64,000 bases of DNA. Origin: Octopus sinensis. Taxonomy: Eukaryota. The position numbers and the translations under genes were made by a program. Under the pieces are notes generated by a model that was not told where the DNA came from, did no database searches, and saw only the letters and a program-made list of their open reading frames with translations. The stretch is taken from positions 465-64,464 of the forward strand of contig NW_021829600.1 of the NCBI RefSeq assembly GCF_006345805.1. Reading direction: 5' to 3'. Shown piece by piece: positions 13,886-28,118 of this stretch (the stretch's first letter is position 1; every line of letters begins with the position of its first letter).

Positions 13886-13987
<102 letters not shown>

Positions 13988-15180
13988 GTTTGTGTGTCTA
14001 TGTGCCCCCAACATCGCTTGACAACCGATGCTGATGTGTTTACGTCCCCGTAACTTAGCGGTTCGGCAAAAAAGATCGATAGAATAAGTACTAGGCTTAC
14101 AAAGAATAAGTCCTTGGGTCGATTTGCTCGACTAATAGCGGTGCTCCAGCATGGCCACAGTCAAATGTCTGAAACAAGTAATTGAGTATATGTAAAACGA
14201 TATGATTTGAGTGAGGTCTTGATACTCTTTCTAGAAGGTCGAACAAGGTTCCTTGTTGACTTTTGTATACGTATCAGTGTATATGAATGAATATGCAGGT
14301 GTTTGTATGTATGTGTGTATATACGTATGTATTTGTGCGTGTATATATATGTAAGAGAGTGTGTGTGTGTGTGTGTGTCTGTTAATACCATAGTCTAATA
14401 TTAAGTTCTTAGTAATCCAAACTTATGGAACAAGAAGAGTCATTTCTAGGGGACTTGTACAGGGCGTGCCCGACTCCAGACTTCTAAATAGATGAGGGTC
14501 CTTCGACTCTGTCGCCTCAATGAAATTCCTTATACACACACACATACACAGCGTGAGAGATATCCATATACAGAGAAAGAGTGAAAGAGGGTGTGGTAAA
14601 GAGGGATCTTTTCTGTTGCTGTCACAGATTTTTAAATTCTAAAATTAAGTGAGAACTTTCGAATTTGGTATATTAATGTACTTTTCACGCTGAATCCGAT
14701 TTTGTGATTTATTTAATCCAGAAAAAATTTTATAAAAATGTTTCATTGGTTTTAAAGTTTGACAATTTTTACCCAATCAGAAAACAAGATTTGAAAGCTA
14801 TCATTTCTTGCGTGATAGCTGTCTATGACAAAATGAAATTAAAACACAGCAACGAAGTTTTAAACAAAATGAAAACAATTGCGTACCACATCAAGAGAGC
14901 ATGCAAGAGAGAGGGGAAGTAGCATGCAAGAGAGATATACGTATACAAAGCGAGAGAGAGAGTGATAAAGAGTGTAGTAAATATATAGGGAGGGAGACAA
15001 GGCAGAGAGAGCTAGATAGAAACAGATAAAGAGTGATAGATTTGCCGATTTAAAAGTTATTTCTCGTAGAAAATTATATTTTTAATTAATTATAACCGAA
15101 GACCTTGTCGCTGGGCTGCAGATTTCAAAAATTAACATTTCTGTGACATATCGACATACATACACACATGCACTATCATT

Positions 15181-15245
<65 letters not shown>

Positions 15246-15369
15246 CACTATCATTTGTGAGTGTGTATATATATATACTTACTTGGAAAAGAATGTGTGA
15301 ATAATATATAAATATATGCATATATACATACATATATGTACATACCCACATATATATGTATATATGCAT

Positions 15370-15725
15370 GCATATATGAGTACAGGACATCAAAAAGACG
15401 TGCACATAATGAGAGACGAAAACATAAAAACAAAAACAGAAAACGAACTTTTTTTCGAACAACAAAAAATAAACAGAGAACCGAGACATGCAACATAAAG
15501 AACATTCCCTTCATTAGTTGTCCCTGTTTCATCTACTCCGCGCTCTGAAGGCAAGGACAATACGCGACTTCGTTGAAGCAGTCCTTCCCGCAAAGCAAAT
15601 TAAATAAAATTTGGGATTTTTTCCGGGGGGTGAAAGTGGTAACAAAAACAGACAGAGAGAACAAGACAGTAGAAACAAACGGTGAGCGCTGTTAAGCCAA
15701 GACGATGTGAACGCTGGAAAGACGA
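15370..15725 (-). repeat. Interspersed repeat resembling a Penelope pseudo-LTR end
   Basis: Homologous copies at 47000-47400 (same orientation) and 50980-51300 (opposite orientation); the Penelope assignment is inference. Confidence 0.55.
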
Positions 15726-15749
15726 GCTGTGAGAAGCTAGTTTTAAAAA

Positions 15750-17160
15750 TAAAATAAAATAAATAATCATTTGTAGAACATTATAGAAAAGGGGTAAAAT
15801 GGCTTATATACCAAAACTATGGTAAGGTATATTTAGCTTATTAACATCAATAGGTAATATATTTTTAGAAAAAATTTAATAATTCAAAATGTTAGACTAA
15901 AAATTATATTTACTTGTCACGATAATATCTATGAAAGACTGATGTTTAATGTCGCCAAAAGAAATAATTAAGTTATGGAACAAAAAAATTATTATCATCT
16001 AATCTTTTTATAAAATTAAGTGTTTATTATAGGTTTAATCAAATTGTTATTATTATACCTTACATGATATTTATATTTTCTAATTGGTACTTATTTAGAA
16101 ATGTTATTTATATAAAGCTCTTTATACATACTAAGCTCAGGAGGGTAGAGCTATCTGAGAGAAAGAGAAATCAAGTAATTCCTTCAAAAACTTTTCAATG
16201 TTATCATGCTGTATAAGGTTATAAAGTATTATTTAGGGTAACCAAAAATATTATTAAGAATGAGACTTTTAACAAACAGGATACCACAATTGACTTGTAT
16301 ACCAACATCCTTTAACTACAATGGAGGGAGGTAACAGAAAAATGCAAAGAAAAAGAAATAGATTAATGTTTATATACTTCTTAACTTATCTAAAAACTTT
16401 ACTTATTATAAGGTTTCTGTGGAGATTGATCAAATGGATTTAACTAATATTTAATATTTAATAAGAGTAACTGAGGTTAAAAAACACGCCCACTATATAC
16501 TGATTTAATTAAAATTTTATTTATTTATTTAATTTAAAATTTAGTGGAGATATAAGTAATATTATAGTTTTTAAAGAGTTCTTATTTGGAGGGGCTATTT
16601 AAAATCAATTTAAATATCAAAATTAAGGGAATTAAACATTTTAAGAAAAAGGGATGAAAAATTGTATTACTGAAACTAATAATACGTCACTTTTTGTATA
16701 AGGCTTTCATGGATATTTACCATTTAGATGAGTGAACAAATATATTATAAATTAGTTAAATCTTAATTTAGGCAGTTAAAATTTTGGCATTTAAATTTTA
16801 AAACTTTTGAAGATACCTATATTGTTTATTATAAGTTAAGTATGGTTATAAAGGGGTACAACAATTTAGACTTATATAAAGGTAATTATAGAGTATTGAA
16901 AAATATTAGGTAGAGTAGAAACATCACAGAAACAGATGTGAAAATAGCTAAATCCCTAAAATTTTGATGGAGTATGTATACAACTTAGTAACTTCAATAG
17001 ATGAAATTTATAGAATATATGCGATAATTTTAGAAATTAAAAATTATTTACTCAATTTGTCTATAGTTTTGACTAAAAAATTAATGTTGCAGGGTATGCT
17101 ATTTATGCATTGGTTTTAAAACTAAGAGGTATATTTTAAGATTTAAAAATTCAGGAATAA
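15750..17160 (-). mobile_element. Very AT-rich decayed retroelement, possibly Penelope-like RT, interrupted by mariner copy 2 and continuing at 19110-19190
   Basis: No open frame; minus strand of 19142-19180 reads PFRTRVSCLHSTT (PLRPIVS-like); abuts the pLTR-like repeat. Weak. Confidence 0.3.
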
Positions 17161-18045
17161 TACGAGGGGCGTTCAATAAGTAATGCCTCTGACCCACTTC
17201 CCATTGCAGTAGAGCAACGAAACTTGGCACAGTTATTAGTCTTTTTCTACATAGGAACCACCCAGAGTTATGCATTTCTCCCATCGTTTGATGCAGCTCT
17301 GGAGACCGTTTTTGTAGAAGACCCCTGCTTGGTCCTCCAACCACGACGTGACTTCGAGGTATATTTTAAGATTTAAAAATTCAGGAATAATACGAGGGGC
17401 GTTCAATAAGTAATGCCTCTGACCCACTTCCCATTGCAGTAGAGCAACGAAACTTGGCACAGTTATTAGTCTTTTTCTACATAGGAACCACCCAGAGTTA
17501 TGCATTTCTCCCATCGTTTGATGTAGCTCTGGAGACCGTTTTTGTAGAAGACCCCTGCTTGGTCCTCCAACCACGACGTGACTTCGAGGTATATTTTAAG
17601 ATTTAAAAATTCAGGAATAATACGAGGGGCGTTCAATAAGTAATGCCTCTGACCCACTTCCCATTGCAGTAGAGCAACGAAACTTGGCACAGTTATTAGT
17701 CTTTTTCTACATAGGAACCACCCAGAGTTATGCATTCTCCCATCGTTTGATGTAGCTCTGGAGACCGTTTTTGTAGAAGACCCCTGCTTGGTCCTCCAAC
17801 CACGACGTGACTTCGAGGTATATTTTAAGATTTAAAAATTCAGGAATAATACGAGGGGCGTTCAATAAGTAATGCCTCTGACCCACTTCCCATTGCAGTA
17901 GAGCAACGAAACTTGGCACAGTTATTAGTCTTTTTCTACATAGGAACCACCCAGAGTTATGCATTTCTCCCATCGTTTGATGCAGCTCTGGAGGCCGTTT
18001 TTGTAGAAGACCCCTGCTTGGTCCTCCAACCACGACGTGACTCCA
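17126..18045. repeat. Tandem array of a 230-bp unit (36 bp flank + mariner terminus), 4 copies
   Basis: Unit gaggtatattttaag... starts at 17126, 17356, 17586 and 17815; the last copy continues into the full mariner. Confidence 0.95.
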
Positions 18046-19107
18046 GAAATCAAGGCTGCATCATCTGGGAAACGCTTTCCTTTCAAAAACAACTTCATGG
18101 CTGGAAAAATCAGAGGGTGCAAGGTCAGGAGAGTAAGGGGGTTGGGGGAGGAGTTCATAGACGCACGCCTGTGCTTCTGATCTGGCGACACGCGAGTTGT
18201 GGACCAGAGCGTTGTCCTGCAGGAGGAGGATGCCTTTGCTGATTTTGCCCCGCCTCTTGATTTTGATAGCTTCTCTTAATTTCCTCAAAAGTGAAGCATA
18301 ATAGGCTCCTGTAATTGTGGTACCCTTTGCCAGGAAATCTGTCATCACTACTCCGTTCTGGTCCCAGAAGACTGTGAGCATGACCTTGCCAGCGGAGGGC
18401 TGCACACTTGCCTTCTTTGGAGGAGGTGAGTCACGGTGCTTCCACTGCATTGACTGGGCTTTGGTCTCTGGATCATAGTGATGGACCCAGGTTTCATCCT
18501 GTGTAATCAGTCTTTTGAAAAATTTTGACTCATCTTCTTGGCACATCTCCAAATTCGTCCTCGAGCACTCGACGCGTTCTTGCTTCTGGAAAGGTGTGAG
18601 CAACCTGGAAATCCGTCTGGCAGACACCTTTTGCATATGCAAATGGTCATGAATGATAGTTTCCACAGACCCGGTACTAATCTTGACCTCATGGGCTATT
18701 TGGCGAATAGTTATGCGTCGATCTTCCAAAATGGCAGCTTCAACTTGACGGACAGATGCCTCATCAATGGCAGAAGGGGGGTGACCAGATCTGGGAGCTG
18801 TTTCCACAGAGTTCCGACCATGTTTGAATTCACGATGCCAGCGTTTTACAAGATCATATGATGGGGCATCATCACCATAAGTTACTTTCATTTCATCAAA
18901 AGTATCCCGTGGTGTGCGTCCTTTCAAATACAAAAACCGGATCACTGCTCGACGCTTAACAGGCTCCATTTCATACTTGACTCAGTTCAAACACCTGTAA
19001 ATCAGAAACCACAATTAGTTCAGACATAAAAATTTGCACATGCAAAATTTCAGCTAGATCAAACAACTGCAAGTGGATCAGGGGCAGTACTTATTGAACG
19101 TCCCTCG
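17852..19107 (-). mobile_element. mariner DNA transposon, full length (copy 2)
   Basis: Same TIRs as copy 1; TA at 17850-17851, CA (mutated TA) at 19108-19109. Confidence 0.95.
17925..18969 (-). pseudogene. mariner D,D34D transposase with C-terminal frameshift
   Basis: ITQDETW, QDNALVH and YSPDLAPSDF in ORF 18061-18969; the tail FPAMKLFLKGKRF...RWEKCITLGGSYVEKD* is in ORF 17925-18191. Confidence 0.92.
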
Positions 19108-20872
19108 CAAAATATTATTTTCTAAAATATTTGAAGGTACGGGTAGTGCTATGTAAACACGATACCCTAGTTCTAAATGGTTATTTAACAGGTTTACATT
19201 ATCCACTGCCGGCGGTGGTGTTCCAGTTGGCTTGTTCTAGTTGGTGTTGTTGTTGGTGGTGATTGTCTTTGATGCTGTTGCTGTTCTTATCTTTGTCGTC
19301 TTCATTGATATTGTCATTGTTGCTGTTGCCGTTGTTGTTAGTGTTGTTTATAAACATTACAACAGATGTTTATTGCCATCCATCCGGATGTGGACTTTGA
19401 TATCCTCAAACTTTGATTAATCTAGCCACCCTCGTCACTTCTACTCTCATCCACCTCATCCTCATATCTTCTTGGTTTCACGCCTGCACTCTACTAGCTT
19501 TCATCCCTCACTCACCACATTACACACACAATCACACACGAACACATACGCACTCGAACACACACACACACACACCACACACACACACATCATATCACAT
19601 TGCTCTTTCATTTCAATTTCTTCACCAATCCTAAGATATACAACCAAAAAACTCAACACCGCTTTCTCATCTCTTTCTTCCTCACTCATCGACGAAGAGC
19701 GAGATCCCAAAACGTTAGATTTTCGCTTTTCATAGTATTTAAACTTAATAAACAATGGCGGTGCCCCAGCATGGCCACAGCTCGTTAGCTGAAACTAGAT
19801 AAAATAAAATAAAATAAAACCCTCTTATGAACACTCCTAACATTAGTGAAAGCTGGCACAGACATGGTCGCGTGAATAAGAAGTTCCCTTCGCATATACG
19901 TGGTTTCGGGTTAGATCCCACTTTGCCGTGTCTTGGGTAAGTGTCTCTTTTCATGGAATTAAGTCGGACAAAGCTTTGTGAGAGAAGTTTAGCAGATGGA
20001 AACTGTACGGAATCCCGTTTAGTGGATTATACCTATTCTTGAATAGTTGACTAAAACTATCATCTGGTTTAACATCCTTACTTGTCCTTAGGGACATTTA
20101 CTCTCATGCAGGTATTCCGGCTAGGCTTCCAGCTTGAAGACAACTTCCTCCTTCCAGGCAGTCTTGGAGGCACTGAATAGCCGTGGGTGCTACACTGCAA
20201 CTTTATCTAAGCCATTTAAAGAAATAGATGCAAGAAAAAACTTTACAGTTCTTACCATTTGTACGATAAGTGATCTGAATTTTAAACTGGTTCTCTTAAC
20301 TTATTTTCTCATTTATTCATTTGTCCTTTTCCCTGGAAAAAAGATTTTTGATTCGGCAGGTCAGCTCTCTTAAGACATTGGTCTTAGATGTTGTTCTGTT
20401 CTGTTAGGTCAACATCTAGAACTGTTTATTTATTCACAAATTAATTCGACCACAAACAAAAGCACCCCCACCCCATTCACTTTGTCTAGATTTAGGTGTT
20501 TCTGCGTATTAAATATAGTTATTGAACTATAATTCTAGATTTAGGCATCTCCAATGTTGCCAATACGGCGGCTAGAAATAGTAAGCAAATATCTCTCAAC
20601 TCACACCTTATAATCTTTAAAAAGAAAGACTACATTGAATGATCTAGACCCAGATACCACTAGAATGGTAGGATAGTCGAAGCCGAAAGTTTTTAATTAA
20701 AGGTCTGCCTGATGAGGGCTGACGTGAAATTGAAACAACATAAAGATCTTTGGAATTATAACCTTAAATAAAACAATAATAATCGATCTAATAGGACCCC
20801 TTTCAACTTTAGTGCAGCTATAATTGTGCCGCATGGTCACACTGTATGCTTGCAGATATGTACTTAAATGTA

Positions 20873-20927
<55 letters not shown>

Positions 20928-20940
20928 ATCTATCTATCTA

Positions 20941-21036
<96 letters not shown>

Positions 21037-21044
21037 AGAGATAG

Positions 21045-21101
<57 letters not shown>

Positions 21102-21126
21102 TAGATATAGATAGATAGATATAATA

Positions 21127-21166
<40 letters not shown>

Positions 21167-21177
21167 ATAGATAGATC

Positions 21178-21223
<46 letters not shown>

Positions 21224-21227
21224 TGAT

Positions 21228-21307
<80 letters not shown>

Positions 21308-21310
21308 TAG
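20873..21310. repeat. Compound microsatellite (TATC)n(TC)n(TA)n(GA)n(GATA)n
   Basis: Read directly; symmetric about the (TA)n core. Confidence 0.95.
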
Positions 21311-22303
21311 ATATGTATATAAGCTCTGGGGATGATTTGTTCGACTAAAAAATCATTAAAGGCGGTGCTCCAGCATGGACATAGTCAAATGACTCAAACA
21401 AGTAACAGAATATATATATACATACACAGAGTATATATATACAAATTCGTTTATATATACACACACAAAACTTTTCATATAGATTTATTTCTCTATTGCC
21501 TACAAGGGGCTAAACACAGAGGGGACGAACAAAGGGATTTAGTCGATTCCAGTGCGTAACTGGTACTTATTTAATCGATCCCGAAAGGATGAAAAGCAAA
21601 GTTGACCGCGGCGGAATTTGAACTCAGGACGTAACGGCAGACGAAATGCCTATTTCTTTACTACCCACAAGGGGCTAAACACAGAGAGGACAAACAAGGA
21701 CAGACGGATTAAGTCGATTACATCGACTCCAGTGCGTGACTGGTACTTATTTAATCGATCCCGAAAGGATCAAAGGTAAAGTCGACCTCGGCGGAATTTG
21801 AACTCAGAACGTAGCGGCAGACGAAATACCGTCTACCAAATCCACCCACAAGGCTTTGGTTGACTCGAAGCTATAGTAGAAGACACTTACCCAAGGTGCC
21901 ACGCAGTGGGACTCAACCCAGAACCGTGTGTTGGGAAGCAAGCTCATCACACCATCACGCCTGCTCCTAACGGTAAATAGTTTTGTGTGTGGTGGTGTGT
22001 GTGTGTGTGTGTGGTGTTGTGCGCGCTGCGTATTGTGTATATATTATATATATCTATATATATATATATATATATATATCGTCCATATCCCTTTTCTTTT
22101 TCGTACGCAAACATGAATGTTATGATCCGTCAATTCTTCTGAATGTAGCTTAAACAGATAACAACAGATTAGATCCTTGGTGAAGTCCAGGTATACCCCA
22201 TTTATATTTAAGTGGCGGAGTAATTGCTTTGACATCTAGTTACCAGAGCAGAGGTTTCTTTTTCAAATTTTCAAATTTGGTGCAGCTAAATGTGTGTGTA
22301 TAC

Positions 22304-22340
<37 letters not shown>

Positions 22341-22440
22341 TATATAAATGCATGTGTATTTTTTCAATGGGTAAAAATAACACGGATAAAATAAATAGTT
22401 ACAAGGGTAGCTAAAAAATAACATAATTGCCAAGGATATT

Positions 22441-22530
22441 ACCCCCACCCCCTCCAAAGCCCAACCGTTCTCCTCACCGTGGTGCTGGGGGTGGCAACAG
22501 CATATGGTAAGTATGCTGGCTAAACGGCTC
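22441..22530 (+). ncRNA. Candidate HDV-like self-cleaving ribozyme in the RTE 5' UTR
   Basis: P1 accccca/tgggggt, P2 ccgt/acgg, P3-L3 ctcc-tcaccgt-ggtg, P4 agcatat/gtatgct, J4/2 ggCtaa, in the nested double-pseudoknot order; HDV-like ribozymes are known at RTE 5' ends. Confidence 0.65.
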
Positions 22531-25530
22531 TGGCCTGGGGAAAGACCTGGCCACCTACCCCAGTATCCTGGCCAATATACTCTATGGATCAAAAGTGTAA
22601 GAATTCTAATATGATGGTACCAAACAGTGGGGACCCCCGGCTGCGAGATACCACATTGGCTACTGGGGAAGAGCACAAGGATAATCATAATAGCGGCGGT
22701 ATTGATGACGCGGATGGGACAAATCCTTCTGGACACCTGCCTGCTGATGTAGCGACCAGCGAACTGAGATCCCTGCGCTGCATAAAAGTCACAAAAATTG
22801 GAACATGGAATGTAAGGGGGATGAACATTGGGAAGTTGGACACCATCAATAAAGAAATGAATCGGTTAAACATCGATATCCTGGGAGTCAGCGAAGTTCA
22901 TTGGACTGGCAATGGTTTCTTCAACTCTGGTGATCATACAATGTACTTTTCAGGCAATAATAAGACCAGACAACATGGAGTGGGATTTGTTCTATACAAG
23001 AAAATATCCAAGTGCGTTGAAAGTTACCAGACCATGAGTGATCGAGTGATTACCATTCGCATCAAAGCCAAACTCAACAACATCACATTGCTACAAATCT
23101 ACGCGCCAACTGCCGACGCCGAAGAAGATGAGATTGAACAATTCTATGCAGAAATTCAGGGCGCAATCGAGGAAACATCACGAGCAGATGTTGTGTATAT
23201 TCTGGGAGAGTTCAATGCCAAAATTGGAGAAAGGGCAGAAGCAGACATCGTTGGCAAATTTGGATTAGGAGAACGGAATGAAGCAGGAGATCGACTGGTA
23301 CAATTTTGTCAAGAACAACACATGCGGTTAACCACTACTTGGTTTCAGCAACCAAGAAGGTTATACACCTGAACGTCGCCAAGTGGACAGTACCGCAATC
23401 AAATCGACTACATCCTATGTCAGCAACGGTGGAAGAGTTCAGTCCAAGCTGTGAAGACGTTCCCTGGGGCAGGCTGTGGATCTGACCATGAACTTCTGGT
23501 TGCCAAGATCAAGATGCGACTCTGCAGGTCAAGCGACCACCCGCTTAGCAGAAATTTAATATCAGCAAGATCGGTCCAGCATATACTGCTGAGATCAGAA
23601 ACCGCTTCGAACTGATCGCCATCGAAGAGAATCAAGAAGCAGAAGAAATATGGGAGAAGGTAAAGGAAATTGTCATTGAAACAGCAGAGAAACATGTACG
23701 ATCAGCAAAGTGGATTTCGGAGGAGACTATTGCAATAGCAGAAGAAAGAAGGAGAGCAAATGTTCCAACAGGCCGCCAGGAAGGTCAAAGAGAAATACTG
23801 GAATGAGGAATATGCAAGGGCAGAAGAGGCATACAGGAAAGGGAACATGAGAGAACTTTACCAACATGTAAAGAAGACCCGTACAGTATTCAGGCCAGAC
23901 AAGCAACCATCCGAGGAGAAAATTGTGAAGAACTGCATGACCAAGAAGGGATCAGGAAAAGTGGAAAGATACACTGAACAGTTGCATGCAGGGAACAACC
24001 TCGATGAACAGGCAAAGAGAAGCCACTGGAACTGGAACTGGAGCCAGACATCTGGAGGATGAGGTGGTATAGGCAATGAAAACAGCTGGCCAACCGAAAA
24101 TTTTCCCAAGTACTGATGGTATTCCACAGAAGTACTCACGCAATACCACCAAACACACTAAATCGCTTTGCCAACGAATATGGAGAACCTGTAAGTGGCC
24201 AAGGGAATGGAAGAGGTCAGTTTTCATCACAATACTAAAGAAAAGAGATACCAAGGACTGCGCAAACTACCGTAACATCGCCCTGATCTCCCATGTAAGC
24301 AAAATTCTCCTTAAATCATCCAGAAGCGCCTGAACACAACTATTGAGAGAGGAGCAAGCTGGTTTCAGAAAGGGAACAGGCACCCACGATCACATCGCCA
24401 ACCTACGGTGGATTATGGAAAAGGCAAGAGAATACCAAAAGAAGCTGTACATGTGTTTCATCGATTACTCCAAAGCCTTTGACAGCATTGATCATGACAA
24501 GTTATGGAAATGTCTGGAGGAAATGGGAACACCTTTACACCTTGTCCAGCTTATTAGATCACTCTATCAAAACCAAGAGGCTACAGTACGGACACCATAT
24601 GGCGACACTGATTGGTTTGTGGTTGGAAAAGGCACTCGGCAAGGTTGCATCCTGTCACCAGCAGCCTTCAACATGTACTCTGAGAAGGTCATGAGGAATG
24701 CAGGCCTGGAGCATTGGAGTGAGGATTGGAGGAAGAAATATTAATAACCTTCGCTATGCAGATGATACAACCCTGCTGGCGGAGAGTGGAAAGGATCTAG
24801 AGGATCTTGTCCTGCTGGTCAAGAAAGAGAGTGAGAAATTTGGGCTGTACCTCAATGTTAAGAAAACGAAGATCATGTTAACAGCAGCCACAACAAACAT
24901 CAGCATCAAGATCGATAATGAAGAGATTGAAGTGGTTGATGATTTCATCTTCCATGGCTCCAAAATAAATCGAGATGGTGACTGCACTCCAGAAATAAGA
25001 CGGCGGATAGTACTAGGCAGAGAGGCAATGGTCAGCATGAGCAGGGTCTGGAAGAGTAGAGACATCAGACTCGCTACCAAATGCAGATTGGTGAGTGCAA
25101 TTGTCTTCCCAATAGCAACATATGGATGCGAGACCTGGACACTAAAGAAAGCTGACCAGAAGAGAATTAATGCATTCGAGCTTTGGTGTTGGAGAAGACT
25201 TTTGCAGATTCCATGGACAGCGGGGCTCACCAATGGAGACGTTATTAAGCAGATCAGGCCGACAATGTCGTTAGAAGCTAGGATCACCAAGCATAGATTG
25301 GAATATTTCGGTCATATTATGCGGAGAAAATCCCTGGAGAAGGACATCATGCTCGGAATGGTCAGTGGCAAGAGAGGAAGAGGCCGACCAAGAACCCGCT
25401 GGCTTGACACCATCAAGAGTGACGCCGGAATGGACATAGCCAATCTGAAAGAAGCGGCCCAGGATAGAACTGACTGGAGGACACTGATTCAAAGAGTGAC
25501 CGAGAGTCGACTTCGACTGAGCGGAGAGAT
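22441..25530 (+). mobile_element. RTE-clade LINE, apparently full length (~3.1 kb), degenerate
   Basis: Single disrupted ORF from 22584 with APE motifs IGTWNVRGM, DILGVSEVHW, IYAPT, NQIDYIL, SDHELL and RT motifs FIDYSKAFD, QGCILSP, LRYADD; C-terminus YGCETWT...GKRGRGRPRTRWLD typical of RTE; several stops and frameshifts. Confidence 0.93.
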
Positions 25531-25659
25531 AGATACATACATACAAACACACACACACAGCTGCATATATAGACTGACAGAGAGACAATCAGACACATAC
25601 ACACATACATACATGGATTGGTAGTAAGAAAGAGAGGGAGAAAAAGAAAGATATATATC

Positions 25660-25746
25660 TGTATGTATATCCATATCTATGTATTATGTGCGTGTATATA
25701 TATGCATATATATATACATGTATATATATGTATGTATATATATATT

Positions 25747-25777
<31 letters not shown>

Positions 25778-26275
25778 TATATATATATTATATATATATA
25801 TATTATAGACATGCATATATATGCATATATATATACACTGTATGTGCGTGTATATATATACATTTATATATATATATATGTGTGTGTGTGTGTTTGTGTA
25901 TATATATTGTATTGTGTATATAATATATATATATAATATATATATATTGTAATATATATATATATATGTATATATAATATATATATAATACATGATATAT
26001 ATTGCATATATATATATATATATAATATTATATATACATGTATATATATGCATATATATATATATTATGTATATATATATACACTGTATTTGCGTATATA
26101 TGCATATATATATATGTGTGTGTATATATATACACTGTAATTGCGTGTATATATATACATTTATATATATATATATATATATATAATATTATACATGTAT
26201 ATATATGCATATATCTATATATATACAACATGTATAGATATATATTTGTATGTATATATATATATATATATATTA

Positions 26276-26325
<50 letters not shown>

Positions 26326-26360
26326 ACATGTATATATATGTTATATATATATATACACGC
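25660..26360. repeat. Degenerate (TA)n/(TG)n microsatellite field
   Basis: Read directly; source of the YI/IY pseudo-ORFs. Confidence 0.95.
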
Positions 26361-26544
26361 ACATACAGTGCGAGAGAGATGTATGTATGTACGATTGTAT
26401 AATTTGAGTAATTCACAGGAGAAATCTGTTTTTGTTTTTTTTTAATCTTTTTTTTTTTCCTTTTCGTGGTCAAGATATGTGTATCAAAATCAATGACATC
26501 TTCACCATCGGTCACTGTAAACTCCTACCCTACCCAAAACCCCT

Positions 26545-26606
<62 letters not shown>

Positions 26607-27525
26607 TCTCATAAAAGAAAAAACCAATTTTTGATAGTTTTCCCAACACAGTCGCCCTATTTACTCCCACGTTTTCTTCCCTCGAAAAGGACAATAGAAA
26701 AGAATAAAAATATTTCTGAATCGAACTTGAACTTTTAACCTTAGAAAAATATGCAGATGGGGAATGAAATTCATCTACACACCGTGGGACACGAGAATCC
26801 TTTATCTTGACTTAACTCTGAGACGTGTGTGTGTGTGTGTTTGTGTGTGAGAGAGAGAGAGAGACCAGTAATATCAGTAATACCACAAACTACAAGAGTA
26901 GCAACGCAAGGTATACTATATATGTAGGTGTAAGGTGGCGAGCTGGCAGACACGTTAGCGCGCCGGGCAAAATGCGTAGCCGTATTTCGTCTGCCGCTAT
27001 ATTCTGAGTTCAAATTCCGCCGAGGTCCACTTTGCCTTTCATTCTTTCGGGGTCGATAAATTAAGTACCAGTTACGCACTGGGGTCGATATAACCGACTT
27101 AATCCGTTTGTCTGTCCTTGTTTGTCCCCTTTACGCTTAGCCCCTTGTGGGTAATAAAGAAATATATATATGTAGGTGTGAGTGTTTGTGTGTGTTTGCA
27201 TTGTGTTTGTCCCCCTCCGCGACACTTGATGACCGCTGTTCGTTGTTTTATGTCTGAACTTTAGTGGTTCGGCAAAGAGGAGATGAGGATATTCTTGTCA
27301 TTCTGTTATTCTTTTGACTTGTTTCAGTCATTGATTGCGGCCATGCTGGAGCACTGCCTGAATGGTTTTAGTCGAACAAATCGAGCCCACAGGACATTTT
27401 TTTAAAGCCTAGTTAATTCTATTGGTGTCTTTTGCCGAACGCGCTAAGTTCCGGGACATAAACTCACCAATACCGATCGTCAAGCGGTGATGGAGGGAAC
27501 AACAGACTCAGTGAGACCCATCATT

Positions 27526-27583
<58 letters not shown>

Positions 27584-28118
27584 CTACTCATTAACCTAGA
27601 GTGTGCTTCTTTTTCGGATTTAAGTTCTACCGATGATATATATATACACTACGAGCTTCTTTCAGTTTCCGTCTACCAAATCCATTCATAAGGCTTTGGT
27701 CATCCCAAGGATATAGCAGTAGACACTTGCCCAAGGTACCACACAGTGGGACTGAACCCGGAACCATGTAGTTGAGAAACAAGCGTCTTACCACACAGCC
27801 ACGCCTACATATGCATACATTAATATTTAACAGAAGCAGAAGGGCGGCGAGCTGGCAGAATCGTTAGCACGACGGACAAAGTGCTTAGTGGCATTTCGTC
27901 CGTCTTCACTTCTGAGTTCAAATTCCACCGAGGTCGACTTTATCTTTCATCTTTTCGAGATCGGTAAAATAAATACCAGATTTGATCGACTTAGACCCTC
28001 TTAGATCGACAAAACCTGCTGGCCTTGTGCTAAAATCTGAAACCAATATTTGACACACACACACACACACACACATACATACATACATCATACATACATA
28101 CATACATACATACATACA

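Noticed and set aside
15750-17120. AT-rich block as a mitochondrial insertion
   Set aside because: No recognisable mitochondrial gene, rRNA or tRNA; weak retroelement-like motifs instead
17126-18045. CRISPR-like regular repeat
   Set aside because: 230-bp contiguous units with no unique spacers and no cas genes; sequence is a mariner end
18061-18969. Domesticated SETMAR-like or active transposase gene
   Set aside because: Bounded by TIRs, frameshifted, no fused domain
20705-20745. CTGATGA...GAAA as a hammerhead (also 4675, 7071, 10306)
   Set aside because: No pairing stems II/III around the core words
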